Source: Tubulanus polymorphus
Taxonomy: Eukaryota > Animalia > Nemertea
NCBI RefSeq assembly: GCF_964204645.1
Contig: NC_134028.1
Coordinates: 5,890,001-5,954,000, forward strand
Direction of reading: 5' to 3'
DNA length: 64,000 nucleotides
Shown here: piece by piece, positions 41,989 to 58,260 of the stretch
How positions within the stretch are numbered: the first letter of the stretch is position 1
Layout of the letters: every line of letters begins with the position of its first letter
Made by a program: the position numbers and the translations under genes
The notes under the pieces: model-generated
What the model was told of the DNA's origin: nothing
The model's database searches: none
Seen by the model: only the letters and a program-made list of their open reading frames with translations

Positions 41989-42870
41989 ATGGGATGGATT
42001 GGTTTTAAGAAGGTTTTGGTGCGAAAACTATTGCTCTATTTCGTCGTTGGTTATTTCCATGCCAAAATGGACGTACTCTACTCGAGGATTGTCGGTTTAC
42101 AGTCGTTTAAGCAACCGGAATTCATCGACCACCGAAGTTTCGTGAACGGAATCAAAACGCGATCGAACGAAATCCGTGAGTCAGGCAGATCGATGATGAT
42201 GAAAACGTTGCCGACGCTGAACGGAGTTCGTGAGACGAGAGCTTCGCGTCTGGAGAATATGCTAGCTCATTCGGCGATAGATCATGACCCTGACCAGCTG
42301 GGGTTAAATCGGAATTCATCCTCGGTCCCGCATCGGATCGCTGGCAATTTCTCCAGTCCTGGCAATCGTATACTGGCACCGAATATCACGAAAACCCGAT
42401 CTGCCATGCCGGCCCGACGGCCCAGAAGAGACTCTATAAACCGGAGTCGAACAGATCACCACGATCATGCGATTTTGAATGAAGCTGACGAACGAGCGAA
42501 TTTGACGGTTGAAAACGATTCGTCGAAAAATGAACATAATCTCGAGTTGTTTTTCTATAAACGAAAACGTTTTTTGTCCTACGAGAATTGTGCGTTGGGT
42601 GCAACTACGCGGTCGCTTCATTCAAGAAAAAATGGACGCGAAACTAAGCCCGGGGTTTGTCAACTGAAAGTAGGATGCCGGTCTAAATACGAGGGTGATT
42701 ACGACCGATTCACCAACGAGCTGGCATCAGACTACGAGAGGATCGAGCGTCAATTTCAACCTTTGCAACGACAGTCGAGTATTCTCCCGAACTCAACCTC
42801 GCCACCAGCGTTCACCGGCGTACTTGCTGGTAAAACGATAAGGCTGCGTGTACGTTCTCACCTACAGTGA
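41989..42870 (+). CDS. Uncharacterised intronless ORF (293 aa; real start may be MDVLYSR at 42067)
   Basis: Long ORF with GC content above the flanks; no recognisable domain. Confidence 0.55.
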   Translation: MGWIGFKKVLVRKLLLYFVVGYFHAKMDVLYSRIVGLQSFKQPEFIDHRSFVNGIKTRSNEIRESGRSMMMKTLPTLNGVRETRASRLENMLAHSAIDHDPDQLGLNRNSSSVPHRIAGNFSSPGNRILAPNITKTRSAMPARRPRRDSINRSRTDHHDHAILNEADERANLTVENDSSKNEHNLELFFYKRKRFLSYENCALGATTRSLHSRKNGRETKPGVCQLKVGCRSKYEGDYDRFTNELASDYERIERQFQPLQRQSSILPNSTSPPAFTGVLAGKTIRLRVRSHLQ

Positions 42871-45800
42871 TACGGTCACAAAAACCATGCCAGTGAATGC
42901 GGAAATTTTTTGTAAAAAAAACTACGCTTCGGTTCGAGTTGATAATATTCTACCGGGAATTCGGGGGTTCCGCAATACTTCTCCGGCAATCAAAATCATA
43001 GGATATTGCATTATGGCATCGAATTCGGAGATAATTGCGTGCATATATTCCAATGCAAAAATGCGACGTATGACGACGGGCAGACGGCGACGAAGCGCGT
43101 AAAACCTGGCACGAAAAAAATAGAAACAGAGAAAATTCGGTATGATGAACGAGCCGTCTTTATTTCTTCGTCAGCAGTTACAATGCGATTAGAAATCGTA
43201 TCCTGTTTTATTATACGTGAAATGTGAAAAACAAATGGAAGCATCGACCAGCAGTAAAAACATGGCGTATGTTCGGTAAATACATTATATTTGAATAAAC
43301 AATATATTCCAGTAGTGATTTATAACCGATAATCTACAACCTTTAATCTAAACGACGTTTTCATGGAACTAAAATGCATTTTTAATGATAGAATTGATCA
43401 CTTGTTAGTAGATTAGAATCATTAGTCGGCCCAACACGACAATCATACTGATGCCTTATTTGAAACATAAATAAATCTTTACGTCTTCGATGATGGAATG
43501 AAAACCTCTTTTCGAAGTTTCTTCGAGTAATCTTTTTAGAAATCGATATTCAGGAATAAATCAAGCGATATATATCTCTACCGCTGGAGATACCTGAACG
43601 TCGCTGAACACCTGAAGTCTGTATCGATTCGACCAGTTCACATATTTGAAGCCATGTAAAAATCGATTGAGCACACGTGAATATGGCGAACCCAGACACC
43701 CGAACGAAAAATTCTTTCTGATTTAATACGAAATATTATCACATTATTATCCACATCGATCATATAGCCACCAACTGATTAGTAAACAGAAAGCTACAGC
43801 AGGCTAATACTAATGATTTTCAAAGCCTTGTTAGCCTTTTCCCAGAACTAGAATATGTGAATGCAAATAACGAATTTGTTCGTTCAAGCTCAAGTCAAAT
43901 TGTTGAAGCAATCTGTACATCATAATCAACCCGGTTTCGATAACTTGGTCATGTTGTTATCGTTTTGGATTCTGGGATTTCGAAATTAATGTCAAGACTG
44001 TAGGGGCTTAAAACGGCTTGAAAAACCAAACGTAGGCTTCGGGACAATATCATTATAAACTTTACTAAAAAAACTGAATTAGGGAATATTCAATTCACAT
44101 TATATGTAAATGTATTTCAAATATATGAGTATTAGGAATCTTAAAAAGAAAATTCGAATTATCATGAATATATATTTACACTGAACAAGCAATTATGTAT
44201 AGAAAAGCTACTTAAACCAAATTCTGCCTTTTAAATCGGTCAAATATCTAAGGCTCTATTTCTGCACGAGGGATCGCAAATTTTTTCCAGTTAGATACCG
44301 TAAGTTTACAATTTCTAAACGCAATGAACATTATAATTACATCGGTGAAAACACAGTTGCATATAAAAACAATTCTACACTTATTAATGATCATGATCGG
44401 TAGGGAGCGAAACAAGAATTGGAATGATCATCTTCACGATTGTCGTCTAATCAATATGTCATCTTTTTAAGATTCATGATTTCTCTTTCTCTCTCGATAT
44501 TGGCACGCGTATATTGAAAAACTACTGTTGAAATACTATAACATGCATTCCTACATACCAGTAACCATATCGTAATAGAAAAAAATTTCCTTTTCAAATT
44601 TGTATCACAAAAGTTATACAAATAGCACTTAGTCAGTAAAGTAAAGTCTTTAAATAAACGTCGCCATTACTGTTGAGACGATGAAATTTTCATGAATCTC
44701 ATTCATTTTCAAAGAATGCGAGATAATTCGACCTGTCAAAAAGGTGGCATTATTATAACGAACTTTGAGTGCAATAATAATTAGAAAATTTGTCCGAAGC
44801 ACACTTCATAACCAAGCACCAAACGCACCTACGCAAAACCTCAAAATTCAAAATATCTACAGCTGATATAAATCAATAACATGAATAGTGAAGCTGGAAG
44901 GATTAAAGATATTTGAAAGGATATTTTACCCATTCGGGGATCCGAAGTTATAGCACATGTAAAATCTTGTTTTTTTTTTTAGTTGAAAGTACATGAAAAT
45001 CCTAATTGATTGGAAAGATGGAGCAAAATAACGCATTACCCGGATGAATGTTTATAAGAAAATTCTGTACAATTCACACATTGGATGTAACTTGCAGTTC
45101 ACTGTAACAAAGTTTCAGCGTTGTAAGTTGTTTAAGGGATTGCAATTTGCATTGAATATTAATAATATAAACCATGCTTGCACTATTTCAATACATAACA
45201 TCTAACTCATAGCACGTAGAAAACTCAATTAGCATTGTACGAAGTTTATCAGAGCACACAAATAAAATAATTTTGTCAGGTTTTTTACTTCCTACTCCAG
45301 CACAGGGAAACAAACATTAGAGAATATACTATTGTCATTTTCAATATCACTTACATTTGAAACCGAGTAAAAAACAGTGATATATAGAATTACATATGTA
45401 GACTGTGGGCATTATAAAAATGGTTCTTACACTGAAAAATGATTATGAATGTCGCTGTGTGAGAGTGAGTGGATAAGGGCCCTAGAGACATAACATATCT
45501 ACAATAATACGGCGAAGAAAAATCAATATGCAAACAAAATGAATTGGAAATCTTAGAACAAAAATTATAAGGCGGAAATGCCTATAGTTCGAACTATTCA
45601 AATTCATAATATTTCGCTATGATAACGGATAATAATCACGACAATAATGATAATAATAAGTACATAATTAATTAATACCGTTCGTTAAAATGAAGTTCTA
45701 AATTATGAGCTGGTTATGAATTATCACTGAGAAGACATTGTGTTTTGGTCTTGCGCAAATCGTGGCGGCAAATCAACGACAAAAATAAACCATGGATCTT

Positions 45801-45911
45801 CTCTCCTCTTTATTTCTCTAACAGTCTCCAATTATTGTTTTTAAATTCCCGGATCCAGAATCGCGAAGAGCGACACGTTAGATCGTCATCCGGCCGCGTA
45901 CTTCTTGCTAT

Positions 45912-47866
45912 TTATTCGTCGTCTGTCGCCGCCGAGGTCCAGTCTTTACAGATCTTAAAAGGCCACTCCCATTCTAGGATCACATTTTTGTCGTCGTCGA
46001 TGAACTTGCTTTTCACGTTGTACATTCCCCGGTACATCATTCCTTTCGGCGCCTCGTCCGGCTTCGTCGTGAACTCCTGCGCCATCGGTTTCGGACCGTA
46101 ACTGCCGACCATGCTTGTGTCTTTGTCGACTGTGGAAACAAAAATTGAATACAACGCATTTATTTCAACAATTCCTTACAAAGGTACCGATGCCTATCAT
46201 TTTATCCTAACAAAAAGGACCATAAGATCCGTATGGTAGATATTTTTAGAATTGACTAGTATTCACATTGGATGAGGAAATAGTCTGTTTTTTTATGGTA
46301 AAAACAAATTTAAGTCATTGATTTCATCTGTTCTACGACGCATGACATGCGCGGGATATCTTTTCATTTTGTCTGTAAATCTGTAAATTGGTCACGTCCA
46401 TGGTCTGTGTTACTACATGAGTCGGGACACCACACACCTCGTCATGTGTATACAGCAGCACCACTGTCTCTATTCAATTCAATTGATTACTACTACTAAC
46501 TATAACTTGGGGGATTCCCCGATTGTATACAGTATCGTCGGGCAGCTCTGTTTGCATAGATAAGGGCATTATTGTTTCTTTCCAGAAAAAAATCCCACCC
46601 CTGTTGTCCAAGTGACCCAAATTAGCTCGCTTAAAACTAGCTTGCTCCATCCAATCCAGAAGATAACAACTGCAACACTTACCCCTTATGCCTTTTCGAT
46701 AGAGGACTTGGAAGTATTTCAAACCGCTTACAATCTCGTTTTGTACGAAGAATCTTATGCGCACTTTGAACATAGTACCCTCCTTCATGATGACAGGTTG
46801 GTCCTTCAACTTGGAAAGGTCTGCAAAGCAAAGTACAAAAATGTTAATAACTTATTCAATTCTAAATCTTCATCCTTTTTCATTCTACAAACTTTATCTT
46901 TGATTTTGAATAGATTTTGAGCAATCATCCAGTTCTCCATAAGCTGGAATTTAAGAGTGGCTGCATTCAATCGTGGCTGCTGAAGTAGCAAGGCTTTCAT
47001 TCCCCGAAAATATAGAGAAAATTAAGCTAGATTTTGGTGTAATATTCCATTTCTGGTAGGGACAGAAGACACTTTATAAGGGGTGGCTGATTCTCAGAGA
47101 TGGATGTAACAATGAAAGGGGTGGTCGCCCCTCTAAAACCAGTTGTGGAGAACAGTATGATGTCAAGACTTCAATCCAATCTTATCTTAGAAATAGATAT
47201 TAACACTGCTAATTCTAACTAAATACTTCAGCCTCAAATACTGCAAGCTTAAAACCTAAAACCAATCACTATTCAGTTTGCTTTTAACTCTTTGAGCTAA
47301 ACTATTACCTCCTTCCAAATTAAGAGTAATATCTGGTCGTCCGTCCACCAAAATCGAAAACTCATTCAGGATAACATTGCGGCTATCATTGGGACCTGAA
47401 ACATAAAATTCAATTTCATGTACACGGCAATTAAGAAAAAATCATGCTATTCAATTTTAAGTATTTAATCATGCAAGCAATGTCTTTGGGGGTTTCGATC
47501 TTCATGAAAGGAGAACTTGTAGATTTTAAGGCACTTACGCATAAGTCAGGAGTGCTACCACAGGAAAGTTTTGGAAATTGGATGTGAGAAATTTTGCAAA
47601 GTCTTGCACATTTGGGAATCGAATAAGTGCACATGTCAAACAAAAACGTAACCAAAAAGCCCCCCCTAAATACGGGCCTGTTTTGACTCACGTGGTTTTT
47701 CCATGGTACCGCTTGCTGCAGTTCCGAGTAAAACCTGCTTATACTTCACTAAACTTTCATCATCGTTGTCCTGACCACGAATTTCATCCAGGGTTTTCAT
47801 GGCGGGAGGCTTGAATCCTGGAGTTGTATCAGGAGCTACATCATCATTAGCAGTTGAATCAGCCAT
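45912..47866 (-). CDS. ARHGDIA: Rho GDP-dissociation inhibitor; exons 47866-47692, 47395-47309, 46820-46683, 46129-45912
   Basis: [13 protein letters not shown]...[66 protein letters not shown]...EW...I.KDW. The symbol marks the family (RhoGDI), not strict orthology. Confidence 0.96.
46955..47155. repeat. Dispersed repeat, copy 1 (copy 2 at about 49415-49695)
   Basis: Shared blocks gctgcattca, gtggctgctgaagta, tttataaggggtggctgatt, cctctaaaacc..ttg.ggagaaca. Confidence 0.65.
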
Positions 47867-48294
47867 GTTTATCTACAGCACAATAAAACAAACAGATGAT
47901 CGCAGCATATCTATGATGATCATCTACACCTATATCTACAGCTATACATCATACATGATTTGACATTCCATGAAGGTCAGAGCAGAAAAAGAAAATTATA
48001 TCTATCTACATATGAATAGAATTTAATTGAAATGAAAGATCGTTTAGAATAATATTATTTAGTTTGTTTCAATTAATCTAACTCCACAGTTTTGATTGTA
48101 TCAGCAAAACTAAGTTCAATCGCAAAAAGTTAGCCTTAGTACTTCATTCAAATTTGAACCTAGAGAAAAAATGGTTCACCTTTGTTAATCTTTTTACAAA
48201 CGTCTTAACTACACCAACTTACTCCCTTACGAAAATCATTTAGTATGTGCATTGCCTACTCAGTCCTGCAGACTAATCTAAACTACAAGTATGG

Positions 48295-48485
48295 GGTAAG
48301 ATTCAAGAATAGGGGACTAGTGGTTAGGATTAGGGTTAGGGTTAGGTTTAGTTCCCTAATCATCATTAATTACTATATACATTACTATAATTATATATCA
48401 TCATCATCAATTACTAATATTATTACTTAATTGATTACTATCACTACATATATATTGCTATAGTGCCCTATTCTTGAATCGCACC
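48295..48485. mobile_element. MITE (191 bp) with 9-bp TSD, carrying telomere-like (GGTTAG)n repeats
   Basis: TSD CAAGTATGG at 48286-48294 and 48486-48494; TIR ggtaagattcaagaataggggacta / tagtgccctattcttgaatcgcacc. Confidence 0.85.
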
Positions 48486-48699
48486 CAAGTATGGATGTTA
48501 CAAAGACCAAACGAAACATCGGGCTCATGAGAATAATCAATCGATTTGCTTCCTTTTTTGGCGACAGCCATTGTTGTTACAAAAACGAAAAAAGGATTTT
48601 TAAACGTCTTAAAATCAGAAAAGATCGGTTAAAACTACTACACCGAATTGCTCACGATACAATGAATATAATTACCGTTTAGCGATGATTCGGATTTGA

Positions 48700-49210
48700 T
48701 GAAATTGCGTCAAATTTGCCCTAAAAAAGCCTACTGAGGCGTGTCTTTTTGGGTTCGATTGGGTTTGGAGACCAGAAATTACTTCCGGGTTCAAATTACG
48801 TCTCGTTTATACGTCCGCGACAAAATAACACATCGAGCAAATATTTCCAATATTTGGCATTTATTCGAATGATCACCTTAAAATCTATCAGATTTTAAAG
48901 TTTAGATAATTGTCATCGATTTTATTGGTATTGGTCACGTAAATGAACTATAAACGTGAATGAATCAATGCGCTTTAATTTGCTCTTTGGTTCGAATCCC
49001 ATTAATTTGGTTATTTTATCTGTGTTGGTTGTTTATCTTTTTCTCTTGCTTATGATTACATTAAGAGGTTTACGAAAAATTGTGAAAAAATGGATTTTTG
49101 AAAACATGTACTTTCACTTTGAAATTCGACACGTTTCGCTGATTATTAAGTGGGCGCGGTTGAGTTGAGGTCAAGGTTTTGTGGACGCGGAAGTAAATTA
49201 AATTTACTTT
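48700..49210. promoter_or_regulatory. Probable bidirectional promoter for RhoGDI (-) and FDXR (+)
   Basis: Head-to-head genes; oppositely oriented ETS-type motifs ACTTCCGG (48781) and GCGGAAGT (about 49187). Transcription starts are not visible. Confidence 0.45.
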
Positions 49211-49414
49211 ATTCCAACGATTTGGAGGCAAAATGTGAACTAAAGACTTATTTAACAAAACAAAAAGTATCGAAGAAAAACTTCAACTAGTTGGCAGAAT
49301 TCCATACGGTTTAAGAGGATTTTACTTGTTTTTCGGGAAGAAGTCGTTTGAAATCTACGATTACAAGGACCATTTCATTGGCATTCTCCAACAAAAAACC
49401 GGCATTCATTCATT

Positions 49415-49695
49415 CAGGAGCTGCATTCATTTTAAGTGTATGACGTAGTAGTGGCTGCTGAAGTAACAAGGCAATTGATTTTAAAAAAACACAGAAAAAA
49501 TTAAGCTTCATTTTGGTGCGATCTTCGGTTTTTTAAATAACTAATTTCAAAGCGATTACCAGCATTGATGAAATATTGACATCCGCCCTAGTGAGGGGCA
49601 GGAGATATTTTATAAGGGGTGGCTGATTTTCAATGGGGTGGATGTAAAAATGAAAGGGTGGCCACTCCTCTAAAACCTGTTGCGGAGAACATTGC
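49415..49695. repeat. Dispersed repeat, copy 2
   Basis: Direct similarity to 46955-47155. Confidence 0.65.
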
Positions 49696-50252
49696 CCTAT
49701 TATGAGATTAAAGGGTTATTTCACAGTTAAAGCAAAAATATGTTCTGTGTGCTGATCGTTAAATGAACACTCCATGTTCTTTGCTCGAATTTCGAACAGG
49801 AAATATAGCCCAGATTCTAAAATTAAACAAGAAAAAATGATTTCATGTAGGTGTCTATAGCATGTCAAACAAAAAAGGGTCAGCTGACCTGCTATCCATA
49901 AAACATATGTCCTAGAATTTTTATGCAAAATTAGATATGGTTATCGTATATTATTGGCTGCATCATTTGAGTTGGCGTTCTAATTAAATACGGTACCGGT
50001 ATATCACTGAGTGATCCCTTGACTGTGAGAGTAGACTGAATCTACATGAGTATAGAATAAGCTACTGCATATAGTAGGCAGGCTTGTCATTTCAGTCTGT
50101 TCCGCTTAGTGAAATTCTTATTTACTGATCCTAAAGTCCATTTTTCTATAGAATAATCTCATCAATTTACTTTTTTATTCACCTATCAATTTTCTTACTT
50201 ATAGAATAAACGCTGGAAAGATAATTGTCAAGTATCAAGGGACAGGATTTCA

Positions 50253-53392
<3,140 letters not shown>

Positions 53393-53631
53393 TGTTATCT
53401 TAGATGAGCTAAACATGTAGTGGTTTTAGATGAGTGGACAGTGAGATTTTAATCTAGTCAAAAATGGTTAATTTTCAATTGATATTACCATGGAGTCGGA
53501 TTCCATGCTTTAACTCAGAAATTGAATTCATTTGACAAAACTGTTTGTTAACTCTGACCAGTATCGTGATATCGTATCGTTGCCAATGGAAACTGTGCTG
53601 ATCTCTAATAGCAACGTCAGAAAACACTCAC

Positions 53632-55601
53632 TTAGAAAACCATCCGTGTAAATATCCGTCCTCCAAAATTTTGCCGTTACGCCTAACACTTCTGTGTAAT
53701 GATTTTTAAGATAGAGGAATAAATTTGGTGTCGGTCAAGAAACGATTTCGCGTTTTGTGTGTTTTTGGTATCTACGAACGCAACTGCATTGCGCCTTATT
53801 CCACTGAGAAAGTTACCTCGTAAAAATCTCTATTGAACTTAGTGCCACTGACACAAATGATTGATTAAAACACGCTATTATTTACATAATATACATACTT
53901 ACCTTGACTTGACGTCAACTGTTGTCCTGGAGTGCGATTTAGACTAAGTTTGCGAGTTTTGAAATATCTATTTGAAATGTTGGATTAGCGGGGGTACCTA
54001 TGGTTCGTCTCTTTCGATGGGCTAGTATTCGGCCTATTTTCGTTATATTACATCTTGCAGCGAAGGATTTGAATTCCGGCCTATCGTGTTAACGATTTCT
54101 CTGGAAATCTAATACGGATTTGTCAATGATACTTACCATTTCCCCAGAGTATATGGAAAGTTGTATCGTAATGAATACACGCGTCGGCAAGCATAGTTGT
54201 GACGTCATCGATTGTCAATTCCGCGCAAAGCAGATCCGCATCTCCGCCATCGAAAATAACGAAACCTTCCCAGTTATTTTCGTCTGAAATGGTTTTGCAG
54301 TTGAACGGCGTTTCGATGCTCGTCTTCAAGGTCGCTACAGACTCCATGCAAAGCCCTGTTTTGGGGATGTACGAATAACCGGTGGTGTCTGCAATTTGAA
54401 CCGACCAAGAACGCTACATAATTTCGATAAGATCTATACATTAAATACAGTAGAATTCTCTTAATTCGGATCATTTGGGAGCAACAAAATTCACCCGGTT
54501 CACGGGAAATCAGGATTAAAAGTTTGCTTGCCTAATAATGAACAAATAGACTGCAAATGTCGTCCGGTTTAGGGATTGAGCGGGTTTGACTGAATCCTCA
54601 AAAATTAAAGATGATTAATAGGAAATATTTAGAAATTATTTTAGTCTAAACAATTATTTGACTTAATCGACAATAAACGAAAGAAATCCAAAAACATTAA
54701 TTACTGCTTAAAAGAAATTTCGACCTACTGATTTTTGCCCACAGCTGTATATTCATATTCAACTTGTCGACGACCGTTGAGCACTGGAAATCTTTGATGT
54801 AACACGTATCACCGAAAAAGTGTGTGGAAAGTATGGAAAACATAAAGCAATCGGTCCTTCCATCACATTCGCTCCTGCATTCACTTGCCTGTGAATTTTG
54901 TATTATAACGACGTGATTTTCGCATGTGCCTTTGATCGCAAATTTTGCGTACGATGCGAATTCTTCTGTGCAAGAAAAAATGTTAAAAGTTAGAGATATT
55001 TCATTTTCCATCACTTCACATTTCAAGCAAAGCATGTTGGCATCGTTTTCGAAACTGTATTTGACCTGTCTCATATCCGAAAACTACTAGTAGTCATGTA
55101 TCATGTCACTTAGCAAAACTTTCAGTAAAGATTGTTCCTTATCCTTTCAAAATGGGCCCTAGGTCTCTAAAATTCTTTTAGAAATGAGCCGGTCAGACAC
55201 GAGCCTAAGAATTTGTCGTGAATTATAGAATACGTTTTTCAATACATGAAAACAGACACGTCTATCGCAGAAAAGATAGGAATCTTTAGTCTGCATTGTC
55301 GAGGTGAACCTCATATTGTGCAGTTGGTTCTGTCTAAGACGAAACCCGTTTATTACGATGATTTCCAGCATGTCTAAGCTAAGATATTTTTGATTTAAAC
55401 GAAGCCCGTTAGCCCACAAGATTCTTATTAGCAAGGTTCCACTGTAATAACGCCCATACTGTTTCATGATTCTGACAAAAGTTCCACAAGGAAAAACTAC
55501 CACGCGAGTCAATTCAAAATAGATTTATACTTACGTGCTGGAAAACAAACGCGCATCAAAGCGATATAAAGTAGACCGGCAAATTTACCAGTGAATTTCA
55601 T
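53632..55601 (-). CDS. Divergent fourth member of the secreted PAN/apple-like family; exons 55601-55535, 54965-54729, 54388-54137, 53926-53903, probably 53691-53632; 3' end uncertain
   Basis: Signal peptide-like exon; EFASYAKF..KGTC...CRSECDGRTDCFMFS...CYIKDFQCST aligns with copies 1-3; exon 3 shares SY..C...TP..C....N.W; phase-1 introns at equivalent positions. Confidence 0.72.
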
Positions 55602-57213
55602 CTTACTGGTGTCAACTGAGTACGACTTACTCAAAATTGTCATCAAACTGCCGCGCGAGAGTCCACTTCGATTTTACAATTAAATTCGCCGCGCAAGATG
55701 ATTTGCAATTATCAAGTGTACGTTTTGTCAATATTGAATCTGACACGAATATAATAACATCTGCGGGGGTGATTGAACGGATAAATTGGCATTCAACATG
55801 CGCGGACGAAATGAGATGGAAATTACTATACAGACAAAAGATCGCAATGAGAAATCTTATATATTACCACTCTTTCAGGTTAAAATGAAGCTACTGCACG
55901 GGTTTAGAAGTTCATCGACTCCGCAAAACATCGTGAGAAGTGGGACCGACGAACGTAACCTGTGAACTAGGCAAAGCTTGACACGTGGGCTCTTGCCTTT
56001 GATCGCTGAGTCGTCCATAAATGTAGCCATTTCTAAGGAAATTCTAACCGAATTTTTGAATGAATGCTTACAACCATTATATCCATTATATACCTGTTAT
56101 ATATTATATATGGTGGTTGTAAGTTCTTTTCTCTTTTGTGTTTTTCTTTTTGTCGTTTTATGTTCATCCTAGAATGTTAATTTGTACATAACAGTTCAAT
56201 AGTTAATTCTTTCGATTTTGATTTTTTTCTGACTCACTGTCCAGTCCACATGAAATACTCCTGAGGTTATTCGTTGTTCGAGCCAAAATCTGAGCTAAGT
56301 TTTTCGATTTAGATTTTTTTCTGTCTGACAGGCTGTCCAGTGCCCCCTGGGGTTTTTCGTTCGAGCCAAAATCTTGAGCTATTTGCTAGCAAGAAAGGTG
56401 TTTATCTTGTGTTCATCGTCCGCGTTTTCATTGCGTTGGCTAATGCCGTCGATAGTTTTCAGTGCATCGTTCCATGAAGTCGTATTGATTTATGTTCACT
56501 CTCAGATCAGTCAGTGAAAAAAAACTATAAAGAGCTTCTCTGCCGATGTCGTTCGGTAATGAGTAAACATTGTTGTTTGAGTCGAATAATAAAATTATCA
56601 ATCGGCAAACTTAAGATGAAGAAAACACGAAAAGTTAATCATATAGATAGAGAAAATATGCATTTATATATTTAAATAGCCGTATTAACACAAAGGAATT
56701 GTATATATATATTCCCAGAAAATTACCACATTCATTTCATAGAATAGAATAGAATAGAATATTTCATTGCTCACAAAAGTACATCTGCTTAGAGCAAAAA
56801 GACAACACAACATGAATGTCAATACAATACAATATCAATACAATATCAGGACAATATCAGAAGCGAAATTATGTTGTATTTTGGATAGGTGATAGGTGAT
56901 AGCCAAGGCTAATTTATATCCAAAATTACACTACACAGTTAATGTGCGACAAAAATAATACCAGACTGAACCAGACTGTTTCGCAATCGACTAATTGCGC
57001 TATATAAGCACTATATATCTGACAAAAATACAACAACGGTAACAACGGTATACATGATTTTTATAAAGAAAAAGCGCTCTTTCATTGGCATATATGCAGG
57101 GCATTCTACATCCTAGAGTTTAGGCGTTACACTGATTTACTGTAATTTCATCGATGTCCATATCACCTGGCCAAAGTTTCCAAAAGTTTTGTATTTTCGT
57201 TTTTCGTAACTGT

Positions 57214-58260
57214 CTAATTCTTTACGTCTCTTGACGAGTCTTCCTTGGCAGGTCCGGTATTCTTAGGTACGCCGTAACAACGACGGCATCTGACTATTGC
57301 CCTGACGGTCGGCACAAAGAAATCAAAGCGGCGGGCGTAAATGATGAAATTAGTGCTGTAATTCGCCTGGGAAATTACCGTTAGAAACTGGTTCAGGTTT
57401 ACGAAGCGCCGATTGTCCAGAGGAGTCAAACCTTTACGCAGCAAAAAGAACGCCGCCCAGCCGATCGCGCTTGGTACCATTAAAACGGTAAAAAGTGATG
57501 AAATCAGTAACAAATTTATAGTCAAAGATCTATGTTTTGTTGCGGCACTCTCGTTTATTGACGCAGCCATGCCCGAACGAACAACGGAGATGATGGTCAG
57601 ATTCAAAACCGTCAACGCAAAACAAGGAATAATGTAGACTCCGAAAGCGTACATGATCACCGAAATAGTGTACAGAATAGTGCCTTGAAGCCTGTTGTCG
57701 AGAAGGCAAACCATCTGATCATCGTTGTAATACGTGTTGAACGTGAAGACGTACACGACAACGATGCTAGCGCAGACGACGAACATCGCAGCGAGGACCG
57801 TCTTGCGTCGTTTGACCGATGAGAATTTGTAAGCGTGTAAAGGCTTCAACACGGCGATGGTTCGCTCGACCGTAAATGCCACGATAATCCACGACGACAT
57901 GAACGTGCTGACCGTCCACAAATAACGCAGAATCTTGCAGACGACCGATGAACTTGTGATAATCGACAGATAAAACCGGGCGCCCGTCATGTCTCGTAAA
58001 CCGTCTTCCAACCACACGGGAACCGCTTGGAAAACTATGCAGCCCAGATCTGTCAGCGCCAGGCAGAATAGATAATGCAGGCCTTGCTTGTGCCATGATT
58101 TCTGTCTTATGAAAACGATGAGCGTGACTACATTTCCGACAATACCCATAACGATGAATACGATCGGGATGTACGATTTGGTGTATATGGTTACCTCGTC
58201 GAATATAGCCAACCAAGGCAAGTTTGCCGCAAGTTCCATGACTTTGGTGCCGTTAACCAT
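57214..58260 (-). CDS. Intronless rhodopsin-like (class A) GPCR, probably a peptide-receptor-like orphan
   Basis: Seven hydrophobic segments; GIVGN (TM1), LALTD (TM2), CK...FTVERTIAV.KP (TM3), MVP (TM6), NYSTNFIIY (TM7). Confidence 0.93.
   Translation of the reverse strand: MVNGTKVMELAANLPWLAIFDEVTIYTKSYIPIVFIVMGIVGNVVTLIVFIRQKSWHKQGLHYLFCLALTDLGCIVFQAVPVWLEDGLRDMTGARFYLSIITSSSVVCKILRYLWTVSTFMSSWIIVAFTVERTIAVLKPLHAYKFSSVKRRKTVLAAMFVVCASIVVVYVFTFNTYYNDDQMVCLLDNRLQGTILYTISVIMYAFGVYIIPCFALTVLNLTIISVVRSGMAASINESAATKHRSLTINLLLISSLFTVLMVPSAIGWAAFFLLRKGLTPLDNRRFVNLNQFLTVISQANYSTNFIIYARRFDFFVPTVRAIVRCRRCYGVPKNTGPAKEDSSRDVKN

Noticed and set aside
48320-48350. Telomere or chromosome-fusion scar
   Set aside because: Only a few units, enclosed in a TIR/TSD-bounded element.
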